NCBI GenBank assembly: GCA_026386805.1
Contig: JAPLMX010000171.1
Location: 8,176-72,175 of the forward strand
DNA length: 64,000 bases
Direction: 5' to 3'
DNA from: Phycisphaerae bacterium
Lineage (GTDB): Bacteria; Planctomycetota; Phycisphaerae; Sedimentisphaerales; Anaerobacaceae
In this document: positions 35,261 to 44,220 of the stretch, one piece after another
Layout: each line of letters begins with the position of its first letter
Position numbering within the stretch: the first letter of the stretch is position 1
Notes under the pieces: model-generated
The model's input: the letters and a program-made list of their open reading frames with translations, nothing else
What the model was told of the DNA's origin: nothing
Database searches by the model: none
Made by a program: the position numbers and the translations under genes

Positions 35261-37222
35261 TTATATCATGTCCATCAATGTCGTCATGGTTGCCTGGAGC
35301 GTGCTCAGATACTTGGCGGCCGCCTGAAACATTTGCTGATACACCAGCAACAGGGCCGCTTCGTCGTTGATGTTCACGGAGCTCAAGTCGCTTCGCTGCT
35401 TCTGAAGGTTTTGCAGCATGGCCTCGGCATTCTTCTGCCGGGACTGCCTCAGGGCGACCTCCTGGCCCAGATTGGCCACCGTCCGCTGGTAATATTCGCC
35501 CGGGGTCATCCCCGCGAGACTGGCCATCGGCTCGTCACGCAAGGCGACAAGCTGCTGGGCGCCCGTGTTGTCCGTCAAGTCCGGCCCGAAGGCCGCGGCG
35601 ATCCGATCCGGCGAGTCGAGAACATCGCTGCAGACCCGCATCTCGGACGCACTGGCACCCGAGAAGAACGTGTTCATCCCGGCCGCCGCCAGAAAGCCGG
35701 AGGTATCGGTGGTCGCAAACGCCGCGACCTGGAAACTGTCGCCGGCATTCAGCCCGCCCATTCCCACGGCGATCTTGAGGCCGTTGCTCAGCTTGATGAC
35801 GTCGCCGGCGGCGTATCCATCTCCGACGTTCACCGTGCCGACCAGGTCACCGGCATCATCGCGGACGTCGAGCCGCAGGCTGCCGTTTCCGACGGACCCG
35901 CTGCCTACGGCCGTGAAGGTGAACACATGGTTCTTGTCACCGTCGTAGATGCCCGAGACGGCCACGGTCGGCGCGGAGGCCGCCGTGAAGCTCGTCGCCG
36001 TCGGCTCCGGCAGGGCCGCCGGGAGGAAGTCAAACGTGTAGCCCTGATCCGCCACGAGGCACAGCCGTGCCGAGCTGACGGATGCGCTCAAGCCACCGAT
36101 GGAGTCGATCCGGGCGGCAACCGACGTGAGCGTGTCCGGTGTCGCCCCAGACACCTTCACCTCGACCGCGTGCCGCTGGACCTCGCCGGTGGCCGTGTTG
36201 GTCACCCGGATGTAGAAGGTCCCATCCGTGACTTGGCCCCCGAGATCCGCCAAATCCGTGCCCGCGACACTCGAGCCGGCCAGTTCCTGAAACGATCCTT
36301 CCTGTCCCAGACCCTGGACGTGGATGCGATTCACCCCGTCGACGATGGCTTTCACCAGGGTGTCCAACTCGGTTTGGACGCCCCCGAGCAGATCGTTCTT
36401 CAAGGCCAACAAACCGCCGAGCTGCCCTCCGGCCACGTCCAGGTGGCTGCCGTCGGCGCCCCCCACGGAGACGGCCAGCGTCCCACCGGCGTCCAGACCG
36501 ACCGCCAGACTGAGAACAACCGATCCGGTGACCACGGGGATTCCGGCGATTGAGACATCGACAATGCCGTGTTCTCGCTGCTGTGTCTCGACCCCGACCA
36601 GCCCAGACAGCTCCCCGATCAGCTGATCCCGCTGATCGCACATGTTGTTGGCGCCCCCCTGTCCCTGGCTGATCTCGACGCTCTGGATCTTGCCGTTGAG
36701 CTCCGCAATCTGCGTGGTGAGCAGATTGATGGAATCCATCACGTTCTGGGTTTCCAGCACAATCTGGTCTCCCATGTCCTTGAGAGACGAACCCAGACGC
36801 CGAAACTCGCTGGTCAGGGCTTGGGCCGAGCTGATCGTGTCGTTGCGCGGCACGGGTTCCAGCGGATTGGCCGCCACCGACGCGAGGGAGTCGAAGAACG
36901 TGTCGATCGTGGCGTTCAGGCCGCCGCTGCCGGTGAATTCCCCGAGCGTCGTTTCGACGGTGCTCAAGAGGGACAATTCCTGGGAGACCTGGCCAGAGGA
37001 CGACTGCTGCCGCAGGATCTCACTTTCGAGAAGCGCATCGACCATGCGTGTGACGCCCGCCACATTCACGCCGCTCCCGCTTTGCCCATACGTGGAGGGG
37101 GAAAGCTCGATTTTCTGGCGGTGATAGCCCTCCGTGGCGGCATTGGCCACGTTGTTGCCAATGACATCCAAGGCGGTTTGGGCCGCATTCAGACCGCTCA
37201 GTCCGATGGAGAAATTCGACAT
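35261..37222 (-). CDS. flgK: Flagellar hook-filament junction protein FlgK
   Basis: 653 aa. MSNFSIGLSGLNAAQTALDVIGNNVANAATEGYHRQ and C-terminal SSVNINDEAALLLVYQQMFQAAAKYLSTLQATMTTLMDMI. Confidence 0.94.
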   Translation of the reverse strand: MSNFSIGLSGLNAAQTALDVIGNNVANAATEGYHRQKIELSPSTYGQSGSGVNVAGVTRMVDALLESEILRQQSSSGQVSQELSLLSTVETTLGEFTGSGGLNATIDTFFDSLASVAANPLEPVPRNDTISSAQALTSEFRRLGSSLKDMGDQIVLETQNVMDSINLLTTQIAELNGKIQSVEISQGQGGANNMCDQRDQLIGELSGLVGVETQQREHGIVDVSIAGIPVVTGSVVLSLAVGLDAGGTLAVSVGGADGSHLDVAGGQLGGLLALKNDLLGGVQTELDTLVKAIVDGVNRIHVQGLGQEGSFQELAGSSVAGTDLADLGGQVTDGTFYIRVTNTATGEVQRHAVEVKVSGATPDTLTSVAARIDSIGGLSASVSSARLCLVADQGYTFDFLPAALPEPTATSFTAASAPTVAVSGIYDGDKNHVFTFTAVGSGSVGNGSLRLDVRDDAGDLVGTVNVGDGYAAGDVIKLSNGLKIAVGMGGLNAGDSFQVAAFATTDTSGFLAAAGMNTFFSGASASEMRVCSDVLDSPDRIAAAFGPDLTDNTGAQQLVALRDEPMASLAGMTPGEYYQRTVANLGQEVALRQSRQKNAEAMLQNLQKQRSDLSSVNINDEAALLLVYQQMFQAAAKYLSTLQATMTTLMDMI

Positions 37223-37235
37223 TCCTTGGCCTTCG

Positions 37236-37799
37236 TCAGAATTGCATGCTCATCAACGTGGCGTTGATCTCGTGCTTGGCCGCCCCGGTCGAGCCGTAGG
37301 TCGCCCCCGGCCCTCCCTTCGCCCCGAAGAAGACATGCAGGAGAGACCGATTGAACCGAATGCAGTCCCGGACGAGCAGCACGGTCAGGGTATGTTCCCG
37401 TTTCAGTTGTGCGGTGAGAGCCCGCAGCCGTACCTGTCGATCCGCCAGGGCGACGCCCGCGTCATGACCGGCCAACACACCTGCCAGCGTAGAGAGCGTC
37501 AGACCGCTTGCCGCGCACCCCAGGTCCGCCGCCAAGTCCTGGCGGAGTTGCTCCCGTTTCCGCTCGTTCGCCTGGTACGCTTCCGCTTGCCCGCGGACTT
37601 CGTCCAGGAGTTTTTGCAGAGCCGCGTCCTCTCTCTTGACCAGCAGAGATCGGAGGGCATTCAAGCGCGACAGCGTGCTCTCGATGTGCCGGATATCCTC
37701 GTCAAGCACCTCCAGCAGCGCCGCAATTCTGACTTGGGTTCCCAAACGCAATGCCGCGCGTTTAGCGTCGCCTTCCATCGCCGCCGACATCATGATCAC
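37236..37799 (-). CDS. flgN: FlgN-family flagellar chaperone
   Basis: 187-aa helical protein directly upstream of flgK. LLEVLDEDIRHIESTLSRLNALRSLLVKREDAALQKLLDEV fits the FlgN pattern. Confidence 0.65.
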   Translation of the reverse strand: MIMMSAAMEGDAKRAALRLGTQVRIAALLEVLDEDIRHIESTLSRLNALRSLLVKREDAALQKLLDEVRGQAEAYQANERKREQLRQDLAADLGCAASGLTLSTLAGVLAGHDAGVALADRQVRLRALTAQLKREHTLTVLLVRDCIRFNRSLLHVFFGAKGGPGATYGSTGAAKHEINATLMSMQF

Positions 37800-38170
37800 A
37801 ACTCCTCGTCTAAGACATCAGCAGGATTCGGGGTCCCGTCCATCTGCTGAAGATGTTGGTAGATATCCTTCCACAAACCCAAGCCGCCCTTGTCGGCGGC
37901 GTCCCGGGCCAGGTAGAGCCAGAACAACCCCTGCACTTGCTGCGCGGTTCCCTCTTCCTCGGGGTCCAAACTCCCGATCGTCGTCTGCACCTCCGCGAAG
38001 AGCCGGGTCAGCAGGATGGATTCGAAATCCTTGGCGACCTGCTGCTTCTTCTGGTCCGTGCGGTCCACGGAATTCGATTGCAGCTTGATGATTGCGGACT
38101 GCGGATTCGCAAGGCGACTCAAATCCGCCATCTGCCATCCGCAATCCGAAATTGGTTTTATTCCATCCAT
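37796..38170 (-). CDS. Rod-binding protein (FlgJ N-terminal-domain-only type)
   Basis: 124 aa with KKQQVAKDFESILLTRLFAEV, the Rod-binding signature. No muramidase domain. The N-terminal ~25 codons overlap a family C repeat. Confidence 0.75.
   Translation of the reverse strand: MDGIKPISDCGWQMADLSRLANPQSAIIKLQSNSVDRTDQKKQQVAKDFESILLTRLFAEVQTTIGSLDPEEEGTAQQVQGLFWLYLARDAADKGGLGLWKDIYQHLQQMDGTPNPADVLDEEL
38089..38152. repeat. Heptamer-repeat hairpin (family C) inside the 5' end of the rod-binding protein gene
   Basis: gattgcggactgcggattcg ... aatccgccatctgccatccgcaatccgaaatt. Confidence 0.7.
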
Positions 38171-38180
38171 GGGCCGCTTT

Positions 38181-39275
38181 CTACATGACGATCAGCTTCG
38201 CCTGAAGGGCGCCGGCTTTCTTCAGGGCGTTGAAAATCGCGATCAGATCCCTCGGAGAGGCCCCGATCGCGTTGAGTGCCTTGGCCAGCTCCGAGACCGT
38301 CACCGCCCGCGACACCGGAATCAGGACCGCGCTCTGCTCCTGGACGTCCAGCGACGTCTCGGGAATCACCTCGGTCTTGCCGGCGTCGGAGAACGGCGCC
38401 ATCGGCTGGGAGACCTGGGCACTCTCCTTGACCTTGACCACCAGGCTGCCTTGGGAGATCGCCACCGACGAAATGCCGACGTTCTCTCCGACGACGATCG
38501 TGCCCGTGCGCTCGTTGATCACGACGGCCGCGGGCATATCGACCGTCACGTCCTTCTTCGTGATCTCGTCCAGGAACGCGACAATGCCCGGTTGGGTCAC
38601 GTTGTCCGGCACGGTCACCTTGACCGCCCCCGCGTCGAGCACGATGGTGCCGCCCGGGAAGGACTGGTTGATGGCGTCGCTGATCCGCTGGGCCGTCGTG
38701 AAATCGTTGTTGCGCAGATGGAGCGTGAGGTACCGCTGCCCCGCCACCTGCTCAATGAACGTGGCGAGCTCCGACTTCTCGACGATCGCCCCGTCGGGAA
38801 TCCACCCCACCGTGGGATGGTTCTTCCCGACCGTGGCCTGACTGCCCGAGGCCGACCAGCCGCCGAGGGAGACGCCGCCCTGCGCGACGGCATAGACCTG
38901 GCCGTCGAGTCCCCTCAAGGGCGTCGCCAGAAGCATGGCGCCCTGGAGGCTGGCCGCCTCTCCCAACGTGGAGACGTCCACGTCGAGGCGCGATCCTTCC
39001 CGGTCGAAGGCGCCCAACTCGGCCGTGACCATGACGACCGCCACGCTCTTGCCCGTCAGGTCCGTCGGCGACAGGACCAATCCCTGCTCCCGCAGCACGT
39101 TCGTGAGCATCTGCCGAGACAGCAGGGTCGAATCGCCCGTGCCGGCCAGGCCGGTCACCAGCCCGATGCCGGTCAGCGGGTTGCTCCGCACCCCCTGGAT
39201 ATCGACGATGTCCTTGATCCGCTCACCGCGGACAACATGCGCCGCCCCGAGCAGAACCAGTAGCACAAACACCAA
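38181..39275 (-). CDS. flgI: Flagellar P-ring protein FlgI (start set at an in-frame TTG/GTG after the repeat)
   Basis: Signal-like LVFVLLVLLGAAHVVRG, then ERIKDIVDIQGVRSNPLTGIGLVTGLAGTGDS ... LNAIGASPRDLIAIFNALKKAGALQAKLIVM. The longest ORF (to 39536) would translate repeat B3 as an 87-aa extension. Confidence 0.9.
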   Translation of the reverse strand: MVFVLLVLLGAAHVVRGERIKDIVDIQGVRSNPLTGIGLVTGLAGTGDSTLLSRQMLTNVLREQGLVLSPTDLTGKSVAVVMVTAELGAFDREGSRLDVDVSTLGEAASLQGAMLLATPLRGLDGQVYAVAQGGVSLGGWSASGSQATVGKNHPTVGWIPDGAIVEKSELATFIEQVAGQRYLTLHLRNNDFTTAQRISDAINQSFPGGTIVLDAGAVKVTVPDNVTQPGIVAFLDEITKKDVTVDMPAAVVINERTGTIVVGENVGISSVAISQGSLVVKVKESAQVSQPMAPFSDAGKTEVIPETSLDVQEQSAVLIPVSRAVTVSELAKALNAIGASPRDLIAIFNALKKAGALQAKLIVM

Positions 39276-39289
39276 ATCGCGAGGGGCGG

Positions 39290-39530
39290 AAATTCGACAA
39301 CTCCGCCGCAGGCGGACGCCGGTTGCCCCGTGTCGTTCGGGAAATCCAAAATTCGACAACTCCGCCGCAGGCGGATGCCGGTTGCCGCGTGTCGTTCGCG
39401 AAATCCGAAACAAATTCAAAACCCAAAGCACGAATGACCGAAATGCGCTGCCCGGCTCTGCCCGTTTTGAATTTTGGATTTTGGACATTCGAATTTGTTT
39501 CGGATTTCGGATTTCGGATTTCGGATTTGC
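39290..39530. repeat. Low-complexity hairpin element (family B), copy 3, with an internal ~58-bp tandem duplication
   Basis: Two tandem units aaattcgacaactccgccgcaggcgga(c/t)gccggttgcc(c/g)cgtgtcgttcg(g/c)gaaatcc at 39290-39347 and 39348-39405. These are followed by a core related to B1 in reverse complement and by tttcggatttcggatttcggatttcggatt. Confidence 0.8.
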
Positions 39531-39540
39531 TTTCACATTC

Positions 39541-40158
39541 TCACCACGGCCAAATGACGTTGATGATCTTCCCCAGCCAGCCCGGCTGCGAATAGGAGGC
39601 GGAGAGGCCGCGGTTCTTCGTCACAATCCGGAAGTTGGCGACTTGCTGGCTCTTGACCGTGTTGTCATACGCAATATCGCTGGGGCGAACGATCCCGCTG
39701 ACCTCGATCGTCTGGATATCGCCGGCGATGTCCCGATCGCGCGTGCCGGTCACCACGAGGTTGCCGTTCGGGAGAATGTCCATCACGACGACGGTGACCT
39801 GATCGGTGAAGCTGCGCTGATCCTGGACATCCGCCTTGCTTTTCAGCGAATTGTCCGATTGGGCGTCCGCCGTGAACCCGGGGACAGTCGGCAGAATCCG
39901 GCCGATGTTCAGCTTGCCGTTGAAGTCGCTCGACTGGGCCGTCTGCTTCTGCAGATCGAGCTTGGCCTTGTTGTCCACCTTGCTGCCTTCCGCGATCTTG
40001 ATCGTCAGGACATCCCCGATGTGGCGGGCGACGTCGTCCGCATACAGGCTCTGCGAGGTCTTGCTGCGCTTCGCCCAGATCGACCCCGCCTGCAGAGCAT
40101 CGCTCAGCAGAAGCGCATGAATCGCGGCGATCGCCACGAGCATCGTTCTTCTGTTCAT
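39541..40158 (-). CDS. flgH: Flagellar L-ring protein FlgH
   Basis: 205 aa. SLYADDVARHIGDVLTIKIAE ... VTVVVMDILPNGNLVVTGTRDRDIAGDIQTIEVSGIVRPSDI. The signal peptide has no obvious lipobox Cys. Confidence 0.9.
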   Translation of the reverse strand: MNRRTMLVAIAAIHALLLSDALQAGSIWAKRSKTSQSLYADDVARHIGDVLTIKIAEGSKVDNKAKLDLQKQTAQSSDFNGKLNIGRILPTVPGFTADAQSDNSLKSKADVQDQRSFTDQVTVVVMDILPNGNLVVTGTRDRDIAGDIQTIEVSGIVRPSDIAYDNTVKSQQVANFRIVTKNRGLSASYSQPGWLGKIINVIWPW

Positions 40159-40171
40159 TGGATCTCCTTTG

Positions 40172-41233
40172 CTACAACACCGGTTCCACGGTCCCGTCGG
40201 CGTTCACCTTGCAGACGATGACCCGGCTGGAATCCGCGTTCCGCACTTTCACGTATTCCCCGGCGCGGGCCTCCTGCAGGGCGACGCCGACCGCCGTCAC
40301 CGTCAGCCCGGGCTGCTGGATGCGGATGACCACCGTCTCATTGCGCAGCACCACGACGGGCGACTGCGTCGAGCCGGCCATATCGCTGCGAATCTCGGTG
40401 TCGGCAGCCAGTGTCCGGACGGCGACGAGGCCATACGGCGGTTTCCAGTTCGCCGGCTCCGGCTGGTCCGACACCACGGTCTCGACCTTCACGTTCTCGG
40501 GCGTCAACGCCGTGCCCTCGGGGACCTCCTGGGCCGTCACGACCCGGTGGCCCTGATACCGCAGCCGAAACGGGATCTCCCGCACGCCGCAGTCTTTTCC
40601 CTCGGCCGTGACGGTGATCCGAACCGTGACGAAGCCGCGGGTGGCGGTCCTGACGAACTGGGGCGTCACCCGCAGGTCCTGGACCTGTCCCGGCAGGATC
40701 AGGTCCTTGGGCTTCACGGTGGGGGTCGCTTCGCAGATCACCGGCCCCGGCGGATGCTGCCGCAGGAACGTCTTGCCGATCTCGATGAACTCGTCCATGC
40801 TGATGGTCTTCTGGAAGCGGCGGACGGTGACCGCGTCCGCCCCCGTCAGGCGGACCTGCCCCGCCGGGATGCCCTGTGCGGCCAGCCGGCTCAGGATGGT
40901 CGGCCGGTCCAGAATTGCCTTCTGCCCCGGCATCGAGAACTGCCCCAGGCCGACCCGGGCCGCCGTGGCCACCAACGCGGGATCGCCCCGGACCACGCTG
41001 ATTTGGCCCAAGGTCAGCAGGCTGCCCTGGACGGTCACCTCCCGCGGCAAATGCACCTGGAGCGGCGCAGGCGCCGCGGCAGCAGCCGGGGTGGCGTCGA
41101 TTTCGGATGGCGGATTGGGGATGGCGGATTCGGATCCCTGCGCGCATCCGCCATCCGCCATCCAAAATCCGCAATTCCCGATGATACCACCCACCGCCAC
41201 GATCATGACGGTGCATGAGAACTTACTACCCAT
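40172..41233 (-). CDS. flgA: Flagellar P-ring assembly chaperone FlgA
   Basis: 353 aa. C-terminal LTVTAVGVALQEARAGEYVKVRNADSSRVIVCKVNADGTVEPVL is the FlgA/SAF pattern. A family C repeat is translated after the signal peptide (GFWMADGGCAQGSESAIPNPPSEID). Confidence 0.85.
   Translation of the reverse strand: MGSKFSCTVMIVAVGGIIGNCGFWMADGGCAQGSESAIPNPPSEIDATPAAAAAPAPLQVHLPREVTVQGSLLTLGQISVVRGDPALVATAARVGLGQFSMPGQKAILDRPTILSRLAAQGIPAGQVRLTGADAVTVRRFQKTISMDEFIEIGKTFLRQHPPGPVICEATPTVKPKDLILPGQVQDLRVTPQFVRTATRGFVTVRITVTAEGKDCGVREIPFRLRYQGHRVVTAQEVPEGTALTPENVKVETVVSDQPEPANWKPPYGLVAVRTLAADTEIRSDMAGSTQSPVVVLRNETVVIRIQQPGLTVTAVGVALQEARAGEYVKVRNADSSRVIVCKVNADGTVEPVL
41098..41180. repeat. Heptamer-repeat hairpin (family C) inside the flgA 5' region
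   Basis: cgatttcggatggcggattggggatggcggattcgg ... catccgccatccgccatccaaaatccgcaattcccg. Confidence 0.75.
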
Positions 41234-41242
41234 GACTGACTC

Positions 41243-42034
41243 CTATCGGAAGATGTTGTTGGTATTGCGAAGCATTTCATCGCCCGCCTGAATGGCACGA
41301 GAATTGATTTCGTAGGCCCGCTGGGCGGTGATCAGGTTCACCAACTCGTTGACCATCTGAACGTTCGATTTCTCCAGGAAGCCGGACTGGAGCGAGCCGA
41401 AGCCCTCCTCGCCCGCCGTTCCGGTCACCGCCGGACCGCTGGCGTCGCTCGGGGCGTACAAGTTGTCGCCCAGGGCGGTCAAGCCGGAGGGATTGACGAA
41501 TCGGGCCAGTTGGATCGTGCCAACCACGCTCCGCGTGCCTTTCGAATCCGTCACGTTGACGCCGCCGTCGATGCCGATGTCGATGCTCGCCGCATCCGTC
41601 GGCACGGCAATCGCGGGCGAGATCTGATAGCCGGCGAGCGTCACGATCTGCCCGGTCGCGTTGGTCTGCAGCGCCCCGTCCCGGGTGTAGCGGGCGTCGC
41701 CATTGGGCATCATGACCTGCAGGAAGCCGTTGCCCCGGATCGAGATATCGAGGTTGCGGCCCGTGTTCTCGAATTGGCCGAGGCTGAAGACCCGCAGGGT
41801 GGAGGCCACCCGCACGCCCGTCCCGACTTCCAGCCCCGTCGGCGTGTTGACGCCCGGCGCGACCTCGGTGCCCGGCTCCTTGAGCTTCGAGTACAGCAAG
41901 TCCTGGAACTCGATCTGGCTGCGTTTGAAGCCCGTCGTGTTGACGTTGGCCAGGTTGTTGGCAATCACGTCCACCAACGTCTCCTGGGCCATCATGCCGG
42001 TGGCCGAGGTGGAAAACGCTCGCATCATGGGCAA
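41243..42034 (-). CDS. flgG: Flagellar distal rod protein FlgG
   Basis: 263 aa. MRAFSTSATGMMAQETLVDVIANNLANVNTTGFKRSQIEFQDLLY and C-terminal VNELVNLITAQRAYEINSRAIQAGDEML. Confidence 0.95.
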   Translation of the reverse strand: MPMMRAFSTSATGMMAQETLVDVIANNLANVNTTGFKRSQIEFQDLLYSKLKEPGTEVAPGVNTPTGLEVGTGVRVASTLRVFSLGQFENTGRNLDISIRGNGFLQVMMPNGDARYTRDGALQTNATGQIVTLAGYQISPAIAVPTDAASIDIGIDGGVNVTDSKGTRSVVGTIQLARFVNPSGLTALGDNLYAPSDASGPAVTGTAGEEGFGSLQSGFLEKSNVQMVNELVNLITAQRAYEINSRAIQAGDEMLRNTNNIFR

Positions 42035-42045
42035 TGCCCTTTCAC

Positions 42046-42160
42046 CGATTTACGATTGACGATGGACGACGTACGATTTAGGATCCAACCGGATGCTGCG
42101 GTCTGGGGCAACGGGAACAGCACGTCTGCCATCGATCGTAAATCGTAAATCATGAATCGC
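42046..42160. repeat. Low-complexity hairpin (cgatttacgattgacgatgg / ccatcgatcgtaaatcgtaaatc) between flgF and flgG
   Basis: Terminal arms built of (t)acgat(t) words are reverse complements. Confidence 0.65.
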
Positions 42161-42167
42161 AGATTCC

Positions 42168-42890
42168 TTAGCCCATTGCCACGCTGATCGCACTGCTCGT
42201 GTTGTCCTTGTTCACCGTGGTCAGTTTCATGTTCGCCTCGTAAAGCCGGGAGACCATAATCATGTTCACGAGTTCATCCACCAGCTTGACGTTCGAGGTC
42301 TCCTCGTAGCCCTGCCGAACGGCCACATTCGCGGCGTCTTTCGGCCGGACGTCCTTGGGTGTGGAAAAGCAGTTGTCCCCCACCGGGAGCAATTGGCTCT
42401 CCTTGTCTGCGAATTCGACAATACGGAATTGCCCGAGGGCCGCGTTCCGCGCCGTGACCCGCCCGGCGTCATCGACGTGAACCTCAGAGACATCGACGTT
42501 CGGAGGCACCATCAGCGGCCCGGCCGTCCCGGAGACCAGCCGGCCCATCGAGTCAACGATTTGCCCGTTCGAATTCGTCTGAAAGATCCCATGCCGAGTG
42601 TAGAGCGGCCCTTCGGGACTCTCGAGAATGAAGAAGCCCTTGCCGTAAAGGGCGACATCCAGCGTGCGGTCCGTCTGCACGAGCGTGCCCTGAGAGAAAT
42701 CGAAGGCGCCCGGCGCGGAGCCGTCGTCCGGCCCCGGACCACCGCCCTGGGCCGCCATCGCCTTGGTAAAGCTGTTGCACCGGCGTTTGAAGCCGACCGT
42801 GCTGACGTTCGCCATGTTGTGCGCAATAATGTCGAATTCCTTTTCCAAGGCATCGACACTCGCACTGAGTTGGGACATGCTACTTGCCAC
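42168..42890 (-). CDS. flgF: Flagellar proximal rod protein FlgF
   Basis: 240 aa. ALEKEFDIIAHNMANVSTVGFKRR and C-terminal ETSNVKLVDELVNMIMVSRLYEANMKL. Confidence 0.88.
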   Translation of the reverse strand: MASSMSQLSASVDALEKEFDIIAHNMANVSTVGFKRRCNSFTKAMAAQGGGPGPDDGSAPGAFDFSQGTLVQTDRTLDVALYGKGFFILESPEGPLYTRHGIFQTNSNGQIVDSMGRLVSGTAGPLMVPPNVDVSEVHVDDAGRVTARNAALGQFRIVEFADKESQLLPVGDNCFSTPKDVRPKDAANVAVRQGYEETSNVKLVDELVNMIMVSRLYEANMKLTTVNKDNTSSAISVAMG

Positions 42891-42918
42891 GTTCGACTCC
42901 AGAGGCCGCGGGGAACAC

Positions 42919-44181
42919 TTAGGTTGCCGTCGCCACGGGTGCGGGCGACTCTTGTGTCACGACGGCCATAGTGTCACGTCCCTCCCGCCCACGGGAGAGC
43001 AGCCTGCTCGTGATGGACGCAAGCTCTTCGAGTTCCTCGTTGTTCAGGCCCGTCAGCTCGACGGCGATCGACAGGGGTCCGGCCGCCACCGCGTGAAAAT
43101 CGCGTTGGGACGACCCCTCCCATACTCGGTCGATCGCGTCCGGGATTGCCACCCCGCGCTCGACGTCCCGGCCGTGCTTGACTCGCCCCACCGCCGCCAC
43201 GGTATGCGCCCCGGCCAGCGCAGCGTCGGTTCCCTCCGCCAGCCGAAACACCACTAAGATTTGGTCGTCCACCTGCACCTGCAACGTCGTCTCGATCTTT
43301 AGCCCCAGGCCCGCCAATTCCGTCACCGTGCTCTCCACGAACACGGGCGCTTCCCCGCCGGCCGAATCGGTTCGCAGGAAGGGCAGGTGGGCCAGCAACG
43401 CCGGCGCGTGCACCGCCACGCGCTCAAACCGCCGACGATCGACGAAGTGCACCTCGCCGCTATGAGTGAGAACCAGTGTCTGGCCGGCACAGCTCACCGT
43501 CGAGGTGCAAAACTCCCACCCGAATATGCCCGCACAGTAGCGTGCGAGCCAGGAGTCGCCGGCGTTGCTGTGCAGCGGCGCCGGCAGCGCAACGGCCATC
43601 TCGATTTCGTCATTCCGGAGCACCGCGGCGCGAATGGTGACCGCCCGGCCCGCGCTGCGACCCGTCAGCTCCAGAGCCGCGCCGACGGGGATTTCCCGGC
43701 TGCTTGCTTGCTCCGGCGCGGGGCCGCCCCGGCCCGCCGACGCCTTGTCAAAGCCCAGCTTCAGTCGAACGCGTGCCATCTCCGTTTTCAGATCCTCGAT
43801 CTCTTGCGAGGTGCGGGCCTGCACACACTCCGCCAGCAACTGGGTCATCCCGCGATTCAGCGAGTCGATGTCGTGGAAGACCTCGTAGGTGTGCTGCAGA
43901 CCGCTGCGCATGGCAATCGCCAGAAGAATCTGGCGCTCGCGGACACTGAGGCCCCGCCGCGCGGCGCTGTCGGCGAACGTCTCCGGCTTCTGCGCCTTGC
44001 TCTTGCCCTGCTGGTGCCGCCGATAGCTGATCGCAATCAGCAGCGAGAACAGCACCAGCATCACGACGACGCCGACCAGCACGAACCAGTGATAAGACGC
44101 CGCGCGAGGCTCGAGCCGGCGGGTGGCTCCCCACCGCTCGATCGCCGTCAGGCCCAACACGATGTGCGCTACGCCGTCCAT
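42919..44181 (-). CDS. Membrane-anchored YcgR-like PilZ-domain protein
   Basis: 420 aa. TM WFVLVGVVVMLVLFSLLIAISY, then a PilZN-like region, then VDRRRFERVAV (RxxxR motif) and a weak second motif STVTELAGLGLKI. Confidence 0.65.
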   Translation of the reverse strand: MDGVAHIVLGLTAIERWGATRRLEPRAASYHWFVLVGVVVMLVLFSLLIAISYRRHQQGKSKAQKPETFADSAARRGLSVRERQILLAIAMRSGLQHTYEVFHDIDSLNRGMTQLLAECVQARTSQEIEDLKTEMARVRLKLGFDKASAGRGGPAPEQASSREIPVGAALELTGRSAGRAVTIRAAVLRNDEIEMAVALPAPLHSNAGDSWLARYCAGIFGWEFCTSTVSCAGQTLVLTHSGEVHFVDRRRFERVAVHAPALLAHLPFLRTDSAGGEAPVFVESTVTELAGLGLKIETTLQVQVDDQILVVFRLAEGTDAALAGAHTVAAVGRVKHGRDVERGVAIPDAIDRVWEGSSQRDFHAVAAGPLSIAVELTGLNNEELEELASITSRLLSRGREGRDTMAVVTQESPAPVATAT

Positions 44182-44220
44182 GCCGTGGTCTGCACAGACG
44201 CAAAGATTGCGTCTCTACTC

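Noticed and set aside
39290-39530. Possible CRISPR array or coding tandem repeat (repeated aatccga units and a 58-bp duplication)
   Set aside because: The units are 7 nt with no unique spacers, and the two arms are reverse complements of each other (hairpin architecture). There are no cas genes. This applies to all the heptamer or word repeats in the window.
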